Of a DNA stretch of 64,000 nt, positions 1-10,712 are shown piece after piece (position 1 is the first letter of the stretch; every line of letters begins with the position of its first letter). The DNA is from Halioglobus sp. (GTDB lineage: Bacteria > Pseudomonadota > Gammaproteobacteria > Pseudomonadales > Halieaceae), in assembly GCA_013214285.1 (NCBI GenBank), contig JABSPW010000001.1:16945-80944 (forward strand), given 5' to 3'. The notes below the pieces were generated by a model. It saw nothing but the letters and a program-made list of their open reading frames with translations, had not been told where the DNA came from and ran no database searches. The translations under genes and the position numbers were made by a program.

Positions 1-1630
1 TCGCACCAGAAACCGCTAGGTGCTGCTGTCCTGCACTACGCCCAAGGAACACTTCTTCAGTCGCCTCGTCATACATCAGCGGACCCATTTTCTCCGATAG
101 GCCCCACTTGGTCACCATATTACGCGCGATCTCCGTCGCCCGCTGGATGTCATTGGAAGCGCCCGTCGTCACACCCTCCTTACCCAGGGTCATCTCTTCC
201 GCGATACGCCCGCCGAACAAACTGCATATCTGGCTGATGATGTGGCGGCGGCTGAGGCTATAACGATCCTCTTCCGGCAGAAACATCGTGACACCCAGTG
301 CCCGACCGCGCGGGATGATACTCACTTTGTAGACCGGGTCGTGCTCCGGCATCAGCCGGCCGACAATCGCGTGACCGGCCTCGTGATAGGCCGTATTGCG
401 CTTCTCGTTCTCAGACATCACCATGGACCGCCGCTCGGCACCCATCATGATCTTATCTTTCGCCAGTTCAAATTGGCTCATGCCCACCGTACGCACATTC
501 CCTCTGGCGGCGAACAGGGCCGCCTCATTGACCAAGTTGGCGAGATCCGCGCCAGAAAAGCCCGGCGTGCCGCGGGCGATTTTCGACGGCTCGACATCCT
601 CTGCAAGAGGTACCTTGCGCATGTGCACTTTAAGAATCTGTTCGCGCCCGCGGATATCGGGCAGCGGCACAACCACCTGCCGGTCGAACCGGCCTGGCCG
701 CAGCAATGCCGGATCCAGCACGTCAGGCCGGTTAGTCGCTGCTATGACGATCACACCATCATTGACCTCGAAGCCATCCATTTCCACCAACAACTGGTTG
801 AGCGTCTGTTCACGCTCATCGTGACCACCGCCCAAACCCGCTCCGCGGTGGCGCCCTACCGCATCAATCTCGTCTATGAAAATAATGCAGGGCGACTGTT
901 TTTTGGCCTGATCAAACATGTCCCGTACGCGAGACGCACCGACACCCACGAACATCTCCACAAAATCTGACCCGGAAATTGAGAAGAAAGGCACCTTTGC
1001 CTCACCGGCTATTGCCTTAGCCAGCAGCGTTTTGCCTGTGCCGGGCTGCCCTACCATCAGCACACCGCGAGGGATACGTCCGCCGAGTTTTTGAAAGCGA
1101 CTGGGATCACGCAGAAATTCCACCAACTCCTGCACATCTTCTTTTGCTTCGTCTACACCCGCCACATCGGCAAAGGTTGTAACGATCTGGTCTTCACCAA
1201 GTAGTTTCGCTTTGCTTTTACCGAAACTCATGGGGCCACCGCGGCCAGCGCCGCCGCCCTGCATCTGACGCATGAAAAACATGAACACGGCAATGATGAT
1301 AAGAATGGGGAAGCTGGCAACCAGCAACTGCGTCCAGACACTCTGCTGTTCCGGCTTGCGTCCCTCTACCTGCACCTTATGTTCCAAGAGGTCATCAATC
1401 AGTTTTGGGTCCTCCACCATCGGCCGAATGGTCTCAAAGCGCGAACCATCGTAACGCTCCCCCGTGATAGTCAGGCCATCCACGACCACCTTTTTGACCT
1501 GATCATTCTGGATTTCTGCAATCAGGTCGGAATAACCCACCTGCTCGGTCGTGCGCTGCATATTGAAATTATTGAACACCGACAGCAGTACCGCTGCGAT
1601 CACCAACCAAAGCAATAAATTCTTAACCAT
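1..1630 (-). CDS. ftsH: ATP-dependent zinc metalloprotease FtsH (C-terminal end runs off the window; about 543 N-terminal codons present)
   Basis: Manual reverse translation from the ATG at 1630 gives [22 protein letters not shown]. Walker A is GQPGTGKT and the zinc motif HEAGH is present. It is absent from the ORF track only because it is open at the window edge. It lies downstream of rlmE, as in E. coli. Confidence 0.95.
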   Translation of the reverse strand, partial: MVKNLLLWLVIAAVLLSVFNNFNMQRTTEQVGYSDLIAEIQNDQVKKVVVDGLTITGERYDGSRFETIRPMVEDPKLIDDLLEHKVQVEGRKPEQQSVWTQLLVASFPILIIIAVFMFFMRQMQGGGAGRGGPMSFGKSKAKLLGEDQIVTTFADVAGVDEAKEDVQELVEFLRDPSRFQKLGGRIPRGVLMVGQPGTGKTLLAKAIAGEAKVPFFSISGSDFVEMFVGVGASRVRDMFDQAKKQSPCIIFIDEIDAVGRHRGAGLGGGHDEREQTLNQLLVEMDGFEVNDGVIVIAATNRPDVLDPALLRPGRFDRQVVVPLPDIRGREQILKVHMRKVPLAEDVEPSKIARGTPGFSGADLANLVNEAALFAARGNVRTVGMSQFELAKDKIMMGAERRSMVMSENEKRNTAYHEAGHAIVGRLMPEHDPVYKVSIIPRGRALGVTMFLPEEDRYSLSRRHIISQICSLFGGRIAEEMTLGKEGVTTGASNDIQRATEIARNMVTKWGLSEKMGPLMYDEATEEVFLGRSAGQQHLAVSGA

Positions 1631-1853
1631 GGAGTTCAAATGCCATCACCTCTTCCAGACTACCCGGTACTAATATACGGGCAACCAGCTGTCATTGGGT
1701 TTACCACAGTAGTCCATAACAGACTTAGGGGTATTAAGGGCGCTGCTGCACCCCGCTGAGCAGCCAACCGACACGTATATGCCAAAGTTACTACACTTGG
1801 GGCAATCCCACCATGTTTCAAGGGGCGCCACAGACGCCCCAGGACGTCGGCCA

Positions 1854-2480
1854 TCACCGCCCCTGAAAGTCACGTGCGACCAGGTAAACCTCCCGCGACC
1901 GCGGTCTGGATGCGCCAGGCTTGCGGGTCAATACCTTGCCAAAGCTGTGCCGCACATCGCCCAAGAACGTATCAAGCCCTTCGCCCTGAAATACTTTGGT
2001 CACAAATGCCCCCCCCGGCGCCAGCACCCGCCGCGCCATATCCAGCGCCAACTCCACCAAGTACATGGCCCGCGGTTGATCCACCGCCGTCAGGCCGCTC
2101 ATATTCGGCGCCATGTCAGACAGCAACACGTCCACCGGCTGGCCCTCCAGCGCATCGACAATCTGGTCCAGTACCGTCTGCTCGGTAAAATCGCCCTGAA
2201 TAAAAGTGACGTCGGGCAGGCTGTCCATGGGCAGAATATCGGATGCCACCACACGGCCGCGGTGCTTGAGCAGACCAGCGGCCACTTGCGACCAACCGCC
2301 GGGTGCACTGCCCAAGTCCACTAGCGTCATGCCAGGGCGTATCAGACGATCTTTCACCTGCAATTCCAGCAATTTGTAACAGGCCCGCGATCGGTAGCCC
2401 TCGCGCTGTGCACGCTGCACGTAAGGATCATCACGGTGCGCTTTCAGCCAAGCCTTGCTCGATGTTCGTCTTTTTACCAC
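1854..2480 (-). CDS. rlmE: 23S rRNA (uridine-2'-O)-methyltransferase RlmE/FtsJ
   Basis: The C-terminal 208 aa of the 360-aa ORF 1854..2936 carry [35 protein letters not shown] and the SAM motif [12 protein letters not shown]. No ATG is available, so the GTG at 2480 gives an RlmE-sized protein. The upstream part of the ORF overlaps yhbY on the other strand. Confidence 0.9.
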   Translation of the reverse strand: MVKRRTSSKAWLKAHRDDPYVQRAQREGYRSRACYKLLELQVKDRLIRPGMTLVDLGSAPGGWSQVAAGLLKHRGRVVASDILPMDSLPDVTFIQGDFTEQTVLDQIVDALEGQPVDVLLSDMAPNMSGLTAVDQPRAMYLVELALDMARRVLAPGGAFVTKVFQGEGLDTFLGDVRHSFGKVLTRKPGASRPRSREVYLVARDFQGR

Positions 2481-2577
2481 GATCTGCTCGTCATCGGGAT
2501 ACCACCCGCCCGGTCCGTTGTGTAAACTGCGCGCTCCGATAATCAGGCGCCCATTACCATTGTATCTCGAAACGCCC

Positions 2578-2895
2578 ATGAGCAAGAGCGCACAGCCAGA
2601 CGTACGACAGTTACGTGCAATCGGCCACAAGTTGAAGCCGGTTGTCAGCATCGGTGGTAAAGGCCTCAATGAGAGCGTCCTCGCCGAACTGGAGCGTGCC
2701 CTGTCCCAGCACGAACTGATCAAAGTGAAGCTGGCAGGCGGTGATCGCAATGCGAAAACGACGATCAGCGCAGAGGTCTGCGAGCGCACCGGTGCAAGTC
2801 TCGTGCAGCGTATCGGTAACGTTATCCTGCTGCTGCGCCTGGCCGAGCGACCTGACCCAAAGCTCTCAAATCTGCTGCGCCCACTGCAAGCCTGA
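2578..2895 (+). CDS. yhbY: RNA-binding protein YhbY (CRM domain)
   Basis: The internal ATG at 2578 of ORF 2455..2895 gives [52 protein letters not shown]. This aligns by eye with E. coli YhbY. The gene is divergent from rlmE with a 97-nt spacer, the classic arrangement. Confidence 0.85.
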   Translation: MSKSAQPDVRQLRAIGHKLKPVVSIGGKGLNESVLAELERALSQHELIKVKLAGGDRNAKTTISAEVCERTGASLVQRIGNVILLLRLAERPDPKLSNLLRPLQA

Positions 2896-3015
2896 TAAGC
2901 CCAACGCGTTATACCAGGCATTCGACCCGGCTCCACGGTGGCCCATGGCTACGAAACGCCCTGCGTCCCGTATGCTCCTATAATTACTTATAAATCAATT
3001 ATTTGCATTATAGAT

Positions 3016-3034
3016 GAGAAGGGTTATCATTTGT
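3016..3034 (+). promoter_or_regulatory. Weak Fur-box-like site upstream of the decayed receptor
   Basis: GAGAAGGGTTATCATTTGT matches the 19-mer consensus GATAATGATAATCATTATC at 12 of 19 positions by my count. It lies in an AT-rich stretch. Confidence 0.3.
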
Positions 3035-4027
3035 GTCCGCCCTTACCCTGCTTAGGTACTTGCATGTAGATCTGGCTCGCGTCAATTGCACTCCTCACCC
3101 TCGCAATCCACCCGCTGGCAAGTGCCCAGAACGCCCACACGATGGAAAAGACCATTGTATTCGGCCAGCTGTCACGCTTCTCAGCGCTGAAGTCCGACAC
3201 ACCAATCATGGAGACTGCGCGCTCCATCAGCATCATAACCGAACGGCAGAGCATCGATCAGGGTGCGCTCACCCTGGATGGCACTGTGTCCTATACCGCC
3301 GGAGTATTCGGCCAGCCCTTCGGTTTTTCAACGCGAGCGGATCCCGTCCGGGTGCGCGGCCTGGATGTGGTGCAATACCAGGTCAGTCTGCAGTACCTCT
3401 TTGGACAGTACAATAATGCACGCCCCGATGTGTGTACCTTTTTGCAGGTAGACATTTTGAAAGACCCGGCATCTGTACTGTATGGCCAGGGTTCCCCCGG
3501 CGGCCTGATCAACCTCATCAGCAAGCGTCCCCGAGACGAGGGGCGCCCCGAGGCGCAACTGGAAGTGGGCAACCACGACCGCGTGCAACTGGGACTGGAC
3601 AGCACCGGGCGATTGAACGACTGCGGCAGTTGGCTATACCGCATGGTCGGTACATATCTGGACACCGATACCCAGGTCAATCGTGTCGACATGGAAACCG
3701 TAGCCCTGGCACCCGAACCGGAACACCGACATGACGGCACTGCTCAATTACACCGACATCAACAGCGACATCGCCCAACAATTCCTGCCGGTAGCAGGTA
3801 CTTTGGTGCCCGCACCGAACGGGCGGAAGATCAACAGCCGTGTTTATCTGGGCGATCCGAATTGCAATAAATACAGCACGAAGAGTATTGCGTTCACTGT
3901 GTTGGCTAACCACCAGTGCAACGAAACCTGGAGTGTGGAATTCACATCGCGCCCTCCGGGTCGCCGCCGAAGAATTGCAGTTACTGTGCGGCGCACTGGC
4001 CATTGCTCTGGCTGTCTGGCAGGCTAA
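3033..4027 (+). pseudogene. TonB-dependent siderophore receptor, frameshifted and 3'-truncated
   Basis: Signal-peptide-like LASIALLTLAIHPLASAQ lies just after an in-frame TAG at 3067. The plug and early barrel are read in ORF 3142..3870 (ETARSISIITERQSIDQG, ILKDPASVLYGQGSPGGLINLISKRP). Homology jumps frame near 3711-3720 into ORF 3731..4027 (TALLNYTDINSD...PNGRKINSRVYLGDPN). About 290 receptor-like residues remain, and the rest of the barrel is missing. Confidence 0.7.
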
Positions 4028-4246
4028 CACCATGCACTCGACGCGTGCAGATGCCGCCTCACTGTGGGTCAATACCGCACTCATTGGAACGGGTATGGTG
4101 CTGATATGGCAAGGATGGCGGACACTGCAGAGACAGACCGGGGCAGCACATCAAGACGCGCAACCGGCTTAAATACTGAGACCCGGTTTACCCGAAGGCA
4201 ACCCCTACTTTAAGATGGCGGAAACACGCAGCCGGGGCACTGCAGC

Positions 4247-4591
4247 ATGGGCGACATACTCGAATTTCCGACATCGAAAGCACAGGGCATGGCGTATCTG
4301 GAAAACCAACTGCGCGATATCCTCAAAGCCAAAGGCGCCGACGAACCCCTCATTCGCTTCGCGGTCGGTCAAATGGTGCGTGTCTATGACCGCATCAACG
4401 CGTCCGAGCACTACAGCTTTTCGGTGCATCTACCCAACGGCCTGTCACAACTCGAGAAAGACACATTGCACGAGGAGATCACCGATGGCCTGGAAACGGT
4501 GAGACGCAATAACCACGCCTTGCTGCTAGAGCTGGTGGCACAGCTGGTGCTCGCGGAAGTCAAACTGTTCCAGCACGAGCGCTCTCCCTAA
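4247..4591 (+). CDS. Hypothetical protein (114 aa)
   Basis: Clean ORF in an intergenic-sized gap. The predicted protein looks helical and has no motif I recognise. Confidence 0.5.
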   Translation: MGDILEFPTSKAQGMAYLENQLRDILKAKGADEPLIRFAVGQMVRVYDRINASEHYSFSVHLPNGLSQLEKDTLHEEITDGLETVRRNNHALLLELVAQLVLAEVKLFQHERSP

Positions 4592-4632
4592 GCTGTTCTG
4601 CTTTGCTGCGACTAGCCCGCAGCGGGAACAGC
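4592..4632 (+). terminator. Imperfect long hairpin immediately after the 114-aa ORF
   Basis: GCTGTTC...GCTGCG-ACTAGCC-CGCAGC..GAACAGC forms outer 7-bp and inner 6-bp stems. There is no U-tract. Confidence 0.35.
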
Positions 4633-4695
4633 AGAAGCGCGAGCAAGGGTCAGCACCGCTGACACACGTCAAATCGGCTCTTTATAACAGAAGCC

Positions 4696-4734
4696 TTGAC
4701 AAGATGTCTCTTATTAATGAGAATGATTCTCATT
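4696..4734 (+). promoter_or_regulatory. Sigma70-type promoter overlapped by a Fur box
   Basis: The -35 TTGACA is at 4696-4701, followed by a 17-nt spacer and the -10 GAGAAT at 4719-4724. A perfect 9-1-9 dyad AATGAGAAT-G-ATTCTCATT lies at 4716-4734. The 19-mer at 4713-4731 matches the Fur consensus at 14 of 19 positions by my count. Confidence 0.7.
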
Positions 4735-4758
4735 CCATAAAATAAGGCGTATGTCACC

Positions 4759-5226
4759 ATGAAATTCCAATTCCTGTGCAGTAACCATCGCGAGTGGCTG
4801 GCTAAGAATCCACAAGCCGCCCTCAATGCCTGGCGACAAAACTACCAGCGCAGCGTTGACCTCAGCGATGACGAGGACTTTGTTGAGGCAGCGCGCCATG
4901 CTGGCGCCGCCTTTGAGGCAGCAGACATTATCCTATGTCAGGGCTGGCAACCGAAACCGACCGCCATCTCACAGTTCACCGATGCGGCGGTTCTCCTGGT
5001 GCAATTGCTCTATCAGTTACGAGAACCGCGCCTTGCAGCCAATGTCCTGGGGTCGACGCTGTCCCGTCTGGAAAAAATGTTGGTCGGGAACCCTGATCAG
5101 CGCAGAGACATCCTGGCAGGCTGCGCCCGATTGCAATGTATCGGCGATGCACGCGCTCCTGGTGAACAGACACACCCCGCTGCCGAATACCTATTACAGG
5201 AGCGCTCGCAGCACGTGCTGCACTGA
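4759..5226 (+). CDS. Hypothetical protein (155 aa), predicted iron/Fur-regulated
   Basis: First ORF downstream of the Fur-box promoter. No recognisable motif. Confidence 0.55.
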   Translation: MKFQFLCSNHREWLAKNPQAALNAWRQNYQRSVDLSDDEDFVEAARHAGAAFEAADIILCQGWQPKPTAISQFTDAAVLLVQLLYQLREPRLAANVLGSTLSRLEKMLVGNPDQRRDILAGCARLQCIGDARAPGEQTHPAAEYLLQERSQHVLH

Positions 5227-5228
5227 TC

Positions 5229-5402
5229 ATGTCCAGGCCGGCACAACACAGCACTGACGCCGTGCAGCTCGAATTGCCGCTGGACGTGCTGTGCCGGTTA
5301 TTGCGAGACCGCAACCTGGTAGCCAGCGAGTTCCGTTGCCTCAACGCCCAATCAAGCCGGGCTGGGTGGACCGCCGTGAAAGAAAGTTTGAAACACCCTT
5401 AG
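5229..5402 (+). CDS. Small hypothetical protein (57 aa), possibly translationally coupled to the 155-aa ORF
   Basis: The ATG at 5229 lies 2 nt after the TGA of the upstream ORF. Manual translation gives MSRPAQHSTDAVQLELPLDVLCRLLRDRNLVASEFRCLNAQSSRAGWTAVKESLKHP. It is below the ORF-track length cutoff. Confidence 0.3.
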   Translation: MSRPAQHSTDAVQLELPLDVLCRLLRDRNLVASEFRCLNAQSSRAGWTAVKESLKHP

Positions 5403-5437
5403 CGCAGATTATCGCATCCGACTTGACGGCGACCCTG

Positions 5438-5914
5438 CTAGATGTGGTGCACCTGATCGATCTCATACTCGATATCACCACCGGGCGCATTGACGACGAC
5501 GACATCTCCCTCTTCCTTGCCGATCAGCGCGCGTGCTATCGGCGAGGTCACAGAAATCATATTATCTTTTACGTCGGCTTCGTCCTCACCGACGATACGG
5601 TAGGTGACCGTGCCCTCCGTCTCGAGATTGGTCAGGTCAATAGTGGTGCCGAAAATCACCTTGCCGCTCTTCGGGATAGTGGTGACATCAATCACCTGCG
5701 CGTTGCCCAGTTTGCCCTCGATCTCCATAATGCGACCTTCATTAAAACTCTGTTGCTCACGGGCCGCGTGATATTCAGCATTCTCTTTCAGGTCCCCGTG
5801 CTCACGCGCCTCCGCAATCGCCTGCACAATGCGCGGTCGCTCGACCTTCTTCAGCCGTTCCAGTTCCTCGCGCAGGGCAACCTCACCGGCCTTTGTCATG
5901 GGAAACTTGTTCAT
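5438..5914 (-). CDS. greA: Transcription elongation factor GreA
   Basis: The 158-aa protein carries [50 protein letters not shown]. Its start overlaps the carB stop in an ATGA. Confidence 0.95.
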   Translation of the reverse strand: MNKFPMTKAGEVALREELERLKKVERPRIVQAIAEAREHGDLKENAEYHAAREQQSFNEGRIMEIEGKLGNAQVIDVTTIPKSGKVIFGTTIDLTNLETEGTVTYRIVGEDEADVKDNMISVTSPIARALIGKEEGDVVVVNAPGGDIEYEIDQVHHI

Positions 5915-8900
5915 TGGGCCACTCTCTCGTGTAAATCCTGCAGACGGCGCACAGTTGTTTTTTCACCCTGGAACTTCATGGCCATACACAGGGCTTGCGC
6001 CGCCGTCAGCGTGGTGGTGTAGAACACACCGTGACTCTCCGCACTGGCGCGGATAGACGCGGAGTCCTCGATGGCACGTCGACCCTCTGTGGTATTGACA
6101 ATAAAGTCGGCCTCTTCATTCTTGATCATGTCAACAATATGAGGACGCCCCTCATTGACCTTATTCACCCGCCGCACGTGCAGCCCGGACTTTTCAATAA
6201 TGCGCGCCGTTCCGCCGGTCGCTACGAGTGAGAAGCCAAGCTCAGAAAGATCCCTCGCAACCTCCACGATGGCGGCCTTGTCAGCATCACGCACGCTCAA
6301 CAGCGCTGTCCCACCCCGCGGTGCCGCACTGCCGGCACCGAGCTGCGACTTGGCGAAAGCCTCGGCAAAGGTATCGCCGGTCCCCATAACCTCACCGGTG
6401 GACTTCATCTCAGGGCCCAGTATGGGATCAACGCCGGGGAATTTATTGAAGGGCAACACCGCTTCCTTGACACTGTAATACGGTGGCACTATCTCGCTGG
6501 TGAAGCCCTGCTCTGCAAGTGTCTGACCGGCCATACAACGGGCAGCGACTTTCGCCAAGGATGTGCCTATACATTTGGATACGAAAGGTACAGTGCGCGA
6601 TGCCCTGGGGTTCACCTCGATAACGTAAATCTCACCGTCCTGATAGGCCAGCTGCACGTTCATCAGGCCCTTGACCTCCAGTTCCACTGCCATACGCCGG
6701 ACCTGCTCGCGCATCTCATCTTGCACACTGCTGTCAAGGCTATAAGGCGGCAAGGAGCAGGCTGAATCGCCCGAATGAACACCCGCCTGTTCAATATGTT
6801 GCATGATGGAACCGATCACGACCTGCTGACCATCACTGACCGCATCGATATCTACCTCGGTAGCCGCGCCCAGGAAGCTGTCTAGCAGCACCGGCGCGTC
6901 GTCGGAAGCCTGCACCGCTTGACGCATGTAACGCAGGAGGTCCTCCTCACGATACACAATCTCCATGGCCCGCCCTCCCAAAACATAAGAGGGCCTTACC
7001 ACCAGCGGGTAGCCAATCGAATTGGCCGCGGCCACGGCCGCGTCCGCACTGCGGACGGTTGTGTTAACGGGCTGTTTCAGGTCCAGCTTCTGAATCATCT
7101 GCTGAAAGCGCTCTCTGTCCTCCGCCCGATCAATAGCATCAGGTGTCGTCCCAATAATCGGCACATTCTCCGCTTCCAGCGCACGAGCCAATTTCAGCGG
7201 CGTCTGGCCGCCGAATTGCACAATCACACCGGTCGGCTGCTCAAGCCGGACTATTTCCAGCACATCTTCCAGAGTGACCGGCTCAAAATAGAGGCGATCA
7301 GACGTGTCGTAATCGGTGGAGACGGTTTCAGGGTTACAGTTGACCATGATGGTCTCGTAACCATCGTCTCGCATGGCCAGGACCGCGTGAACACAACAGT
7401 AGTCAAACTCAATACCCTGCCCGATACGGTTTGGTCCACCACCGAGCACGAGGATCTTGTCACGCGCGGAAGGCACCGCCTCGCATTCCTCTTCGTAGGT
7501 GGAGTACATGTAGGCAGTAGCCGAGGCAAACTCAGCAGCACACGTATCCACCCGCTTGTAGACAGGATGAATGCCCAGCTGCTGGCGATGCTCACGCACC
7601 TTATCCTCAACCGTTGCCAAAAGCACTGCCAAACGTGCATCTGCAAAACCCTTGCGTTTCAGTGCAAACATCGTCGCTGCGTCGATCTCCTCCAGCGCAA
7701 CCGATTTCAGGCCATCTTCTGTCGCGATGAGATCCTGGATCTGCACCAGAAACCAGGGGTCGACACCAGAATACTGGTAAACCTCGTCTATACTCATACC
7801 CGCACGAAAGGCATCGCCCAGATACCAGATACGCTCCGGCTTGGGATTGGTCAATTCCGCGACCAGTTCCTGGCGCAATTCTGGGTTGTCGACATCGATC
7901 TTGTGCTCAAAACCTGCGGAGCCTACTTCCAAACCACGCAATGCTTTCTGAACAGACTCCTGAAAAGTACGACCAATCGCCATCACCTCGCCCACAGACT
8001 TCATCTGTGTTGTCAGGTGTGGGTCGGCACCACCGAATTTTTCGAACGCGAAACGGGGAATCTTAGTCACCACGTAGTCGATTGAGGGTTCAAAGGATGC
8101 GGGCGTGGCACCACCGGTGATATCATTCTGCAGTTCGTCAAGTGTATAGCCTACTGCCAGTTTCGCCGCAACTTTCGCGATGGGGAAGCCGGTCGCCTTG
8201 GATGCTAACGCGGAGGAACGCGATACACGTGGGTTCATCTCGATAATTACCCAGCGACCTGTCTTCGGATCCTGCCCGAACTGCACATTCGACCCACCAG
8301 TCTCTACACCGATCTCACGCAACACCGCCAACGAGTGGTCCCGCATGACCTGAAATTCCTTGTCGGTGAGCGTCTGGGCCGGCGCCACGGTAATAGAGTC
8401 ACCGGTGTGGACACCCATGGCATCGACGTTTTCGATGGAACATACGATGATGCAGTTGTCGTTCTTGTCGCGCACCACCTCCATCTCGAATTCTTTCCAA
8501 CCGATCAGGGACTCATCAATCAACAACTCATTGGTGGGAGACAGGTCCAGACCACGTCGGCAGATCTCTTCGAATTCGCTGCGATTATAGGCTATACCGC
8601 CACCCGACCCCCCCATGGTGAAGGACGGGCGGATGATACAGGGGAAACCGATGGAATCCAGTACCTGGAATGCTTCCTCCAGACTGTGTGCCGTTGCGGC
8701 GCGGGGTGTCTCCAACCCAATACGCTTCATCGCCTGATCAAACAGGTGACGGTCCTCCGCCTTGTCGATGGCCTCTTTGGTCGCCCCGATCATTTCCACA
8801 CCGTGCTGCGTTAATACGCCTTCACGAGCCAGATCCAAGGCACAATTTAGTGCAGTCTGCCCCCCCATTGTGGGCAACAAGGCCTCCGGTTTCTCCACCT

Positions 8901-9135
8901 CAATGATACGCGCCACAGTTTCCCACTCGATGGGCTCGATATAGGTCGCATCCGCCATGGCGGGGTCCGTCATGATGGTGGCCGGGTTGGAGTTCACTAG
9001 AATGACCCTGAAACCCTCCTCCCTGAGCGCCTTGCAGGCCTGGGCACCCGAATAATCAAACTCGCAGGCCTGGCCAATGACAATCGGCCCCGCGCCGAGG
9101 ATAAGAATACTATTTATATCGGTACGCTTGGGCAT
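5911..9135 (-). CDS. carB: Carbamoyl-phosphate synthase large subunit
   Basis: The 1074-aa protein begins [41 protein letters not shown]. It has the duplicated ATP-grasp halves and the C-terminal MGS-like domain. Confidence 0.97.
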   Translation of the reverse strand: MPKRTDINSILILGAGPIVIGQACEFDYSGAQACKALREEGFRVILVNSNPATIMTDPAMADATYIEPIEWETVARIIEVEKPEALLPTMGGQTALNCALDLAREGVLTQHGVEMIGATKEAIDKAEDRHLFDQAMKRIGLETPRAATAHSLEEAFQVLDSIGFPCIIRPSFTMGGSGGGIAYNRSEFEEICRRGLDLSPTNELLIDESLIGWKEFEMEVVRDKNDNCIIVCSIENVDAMGVHTGDSITVAPAQTLTDKEFQVMRDHSLAVLREIGVETGGSNVQFGQDPKTGRWVIIEMNPRVSRSSALASKATGFPIAKVAAKLAVGYTLDELQNDITGGATPASFEPSIDYVVTKIPRFAFEKFGGADPHLTTQMKSVGEVMAIGRTFQESVQKALRGLEVGSAGFEHKIDVDNPELRQELVAELTNPKPERIWYLGDAFRAGMSIDEVYQYSGVDPWFLVQIQDLIATEDGLKSVALEEIDAATMFALKRKGFADARLAVLLATVEDKVREHRQQLGIHPVYKRVDTCAAEFASATAYMYSTYEEECEAVPSARDKILVLGGGPNRIGQGIEFDYCCVHAVLAMRDDGYETIMVNCNPETVSTDYDTSDRLYFEPVTLEDVLEIVRLEQPTGVIVQFGGQTPLKLARALEAENVPIIGTTPDAIDRAEDRERFQQMIQKLDLKQPVNTTVRSADAAVAAANSIGYPLVVRPSYVLGGRAMEIVYREEDLLRYMRQAVQASDDAPVLLDSFLGAATEVDIDAVSDGQQVVIGSIMQHIEQAGVHSGDSACSLPPYSLDSSVQDEMREQVRRMAVELEVKGLMNVQLAYQDGEIYVIEVNPRASRTVPFVSKCIGTSLAKVAARCMAGQTLAEQGFTSEIVPPYYSVKEAVLPFNKFPGVDPILGPEMKSTGEVMGTGDTFAEAFAKSQLGAGSAAPRGGTALLSVRDADKAAIVEVARDLSELGFSLVATGGTARIIEKSGLHVRRVNKVNEGRPHIVDMIKNEEADFIVNTTEGRRAIEDSASIRASAESHGVFYTTTLTAAQALCMAMKFQGEKTTVRRLQDLHERVAQ

Positions 9136-9141
9136 GGTGGA

Positions 9142-10275
9142 TTACGCCTTGCCGGCCATCAGGTCAATAAAATGGTCAAACAAAGGGGCCGCGTCATGGG
9201 GGCCAGGGCTCGCCTCCGGGTGGCCCTGGAAACTGAAAGCGTCCTTGTCGGTGCGCTGGATACCCTGCAGGCTGCCATCGAACAGAGATTTATGGGTGGC
9301 GCGCAGGGTATCCGGCAGGGTGTCTCCGTCGACCGCAAAGCCATGGTTCTGGCTGGTGATCAGCACTGTGCTGTCATCCAGGTTCTGCACCGGATGATTG
9401 GCACCGTGATGACCGAACTTCATTTTCACAGTGGATGCACCACTCGCCAGCGCCAATAGCTGGTGTCCAAGGCAAATACCAAATACCGGGATATCAGTGT
9501 CGAGGATGGCTCGAATAGCCTCGATAGCGTAGATGCAGGGTGCCGGGTCACCGGGGCCATTGGACAGAAAGACACCGTCCGGCTGCATGGCCAACACCTC
9601 GGCTGCTGGCGTTTGGGCAGTGACAACGGTCAAGTGGCAGCCACGGTCGACCAGCATACGCAGGATATTGCGCTTTACCCCAAAGTCGTAAGCGACCACA
9701 TGGTAGGGTAAATCCGACTGCGGTCGCTCATGATATCCCGCACCGCGAACCCAGCTACCCTCGCACCAGCGATAGGTACCAACCGTCGTGACTTCCCTCG
9801 CCAGATCCACACCCTTCAAGCCGGAGAAGGCTCGCGCTTGACCCAAAGCCTGCGCCTCGTCAACCGTCTCACCAGCCATGAGGCAACCGTTCTGAGCACC
9901 GTTGTCCCTGAGAATGCGGGTCAGTCGGCGTGTGTCGATCTGCGCGATCGCAATGATGTCACGACGCTTGAGATACTCTGACAAGCCCTGCTCATTACGG
10001 TAATTGCTCGCTAACAAAGGCAGATCACGGATAACCAGGCCAGCTGACCAGATCGCGCGGGATTCCTCGTCCTCGGCAGTGGTGCCGGTGTTCCCAATGT
10101 GGGGATAAGTCAGTGTAACGATCTGGCGCGCGTAGGAGGGGTCGGTCAGGATTTCCTGATAGCCGGTCATGGCAGTATTGAATACCACCTCTCCTACCGA
10201 GACGCCCGCAGCGCCTATTGCCAACCCTCTGAAAATACTGCCATCTTCAAGGGCAAGTAGGGCCGGTGTGGACAA
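9142..10275 (-). CDS. carA: Carbamoyl-phosphate synthase small (glutaminase) subunit
   Basis: Homology begins at [48 protein letters not shown]. The GATase catalytic motif is [13 protein letters not shown] at 10275 is preceded by GGAGG with a 5-nt spacer, and E. coli carA is known to use UUG. The alternative ATG at 10389 lies inside the leader hairpin. Confidence 0.9.
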   Translation of the reverse strand: MSTPALLALEDGSIFRGLAIGAAGVSVGEVVFNTAMTGYQEILTDPSYARQIVTLTYPHIGNTGTTAEDEESRAIWSAGLVIRDLPLLASNYRNEQGLSEYLKRRDIIAIAQIDTRRLTRILRDNGAQNGCLMAGETVDEAQALGQARAFSGLKGVDLAREVTTVGTYRWCEGSWVRGAGYHERPQSDLPYHVVAYDFGVKRNILRMLVDRGCHLTVVTAQTPAAEVLAMQPDGVFLSNGPGDPAPCIYAIEAIRAILDTDIPVFGICLGHQLLALASGASTVKMKFGHHGANHPVQNLDDSTVLITSQNHGFAVDGDTLPDTLRATHKSLFDGSLQGIQRTDKDAFSFQGHPEASPGPHDAAPLFDHFIDLMAGKA

Positions 10276-10360
10276 GCAAACCTCCGTTTTTTTGAGCAGC
10301 GACCGGGCAACGTTCAAAGCTGTCGCACACGGCTGAGTCACGCGCCCCTCAGCCAGGCGC

Positions 10361-10408
10361 TCACAAAAAGGCGAGATGGGAAACCGCATCTCGCCTGGTC
10401 TTGCACAT
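10361..10408 (-). promoter_or_regulatory. carA leader: intrinsic-terminator hairpin embedded in a 15-codon leader ORF (candidate attenuator)
   Basis: The minus strand reads AGGCGAGATG-CGGTTTCC-CATCTCGCCT-TTTTGTGA, a 10-bp perfect stem, an 8-nt loop and a T-run. This sits about 85 nt upstream of the carA TTG. There is no upstream minus-strand gene for it to terminate. The ORF ATG TGC AAG ACC AGG CGA GAT GCG GTT TCC CAT CTC GCC TTT TTG TGA spans the hairpin. Confidence 0.45.
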
Positions 10409-10645
10409 CTTCTGTGGTTGCACAGAGAATTCTCTGGCGTCTCGGCGCACGACCCCGGGCGCAAGCCAGTGGCGACGCATTGTAGGGGAAGGGTCTAAGA
10501 GTGTCCAGACTACCCGTCATGGAACACCGCGGCACGCCCAGCGTCCGCTGTCCAGACCTCGTCAGAAAGCGCAGGCTGGCCTGCTTGTATCCAAGCAACA
10601 AGCGGTGCGCGCCCGGCGCACCCGCTATGTCCAGCTTCGCTTCTC

Positions 10646-10681
10646 TAAAGCAATTGCTTTAAAGGCAAATCTCATTATCAT
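10646..10681 (+). promoter_or_regulatory. Putative promoter with a 16-bp perfect palindrome (candidate TetR operator)
   Basis: TAAAGCAATTGCTTTA at 10646-10661 overlaps a -35 TTGCTT at 10654-10659. A 16-nt spacer leads to the -10 TATCAT at 10676-10681. The site is 32-67 nt upstream of the SDR ATG. Confidence 0.4.
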
Positions 10682-10712
10682 AGCGACCCAAGTGAACTCA
10701 GGATACGCCGCC

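Noticed and set aside
242-970. 242-aa plus-strand ORF, and other ORFs at 396-1618, overlapping ftsH
   Set aside because: They are antisense shadow ORFs inside a GC-rich gene whose minus-strand frame gives unmistakable FtsH sequence. The translations are Arg/His/Pro-rich and of low complexity.
2481-2936. N-terminal 150-aa extension of the rlmE ORF (1854..2936)
   Set aside because: The extension overlaps yhbY on the opposite strand and has no RlmE homology. RlmE-sized protein starts at the GTG at 2480.
3840-4172. 110-aa ORF as an independent gene
   Set aside because: Its 5' part overlaps the decayed receptor frames, and only the last 60 or so residues look protein-like. It is treated as a remnant tail within the pseudogene finding.
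6919-8085. 388-aa plus-strand ORF inside carB, and similar ORFs at 8335-8814 and 9172-9981
   Set aside because: They lie antisense to strongly supported carB and carA and show no motifs. This is a typical high-GC shadow-frame artefact.
10276-10464. Upstream extension of carA to the ATG at 10464 or 10389
   Set aside because: CarA homology starts at the TTG at 10275, which has a GGAGG RBS. The extensions read through the leader hairpin and T-run.
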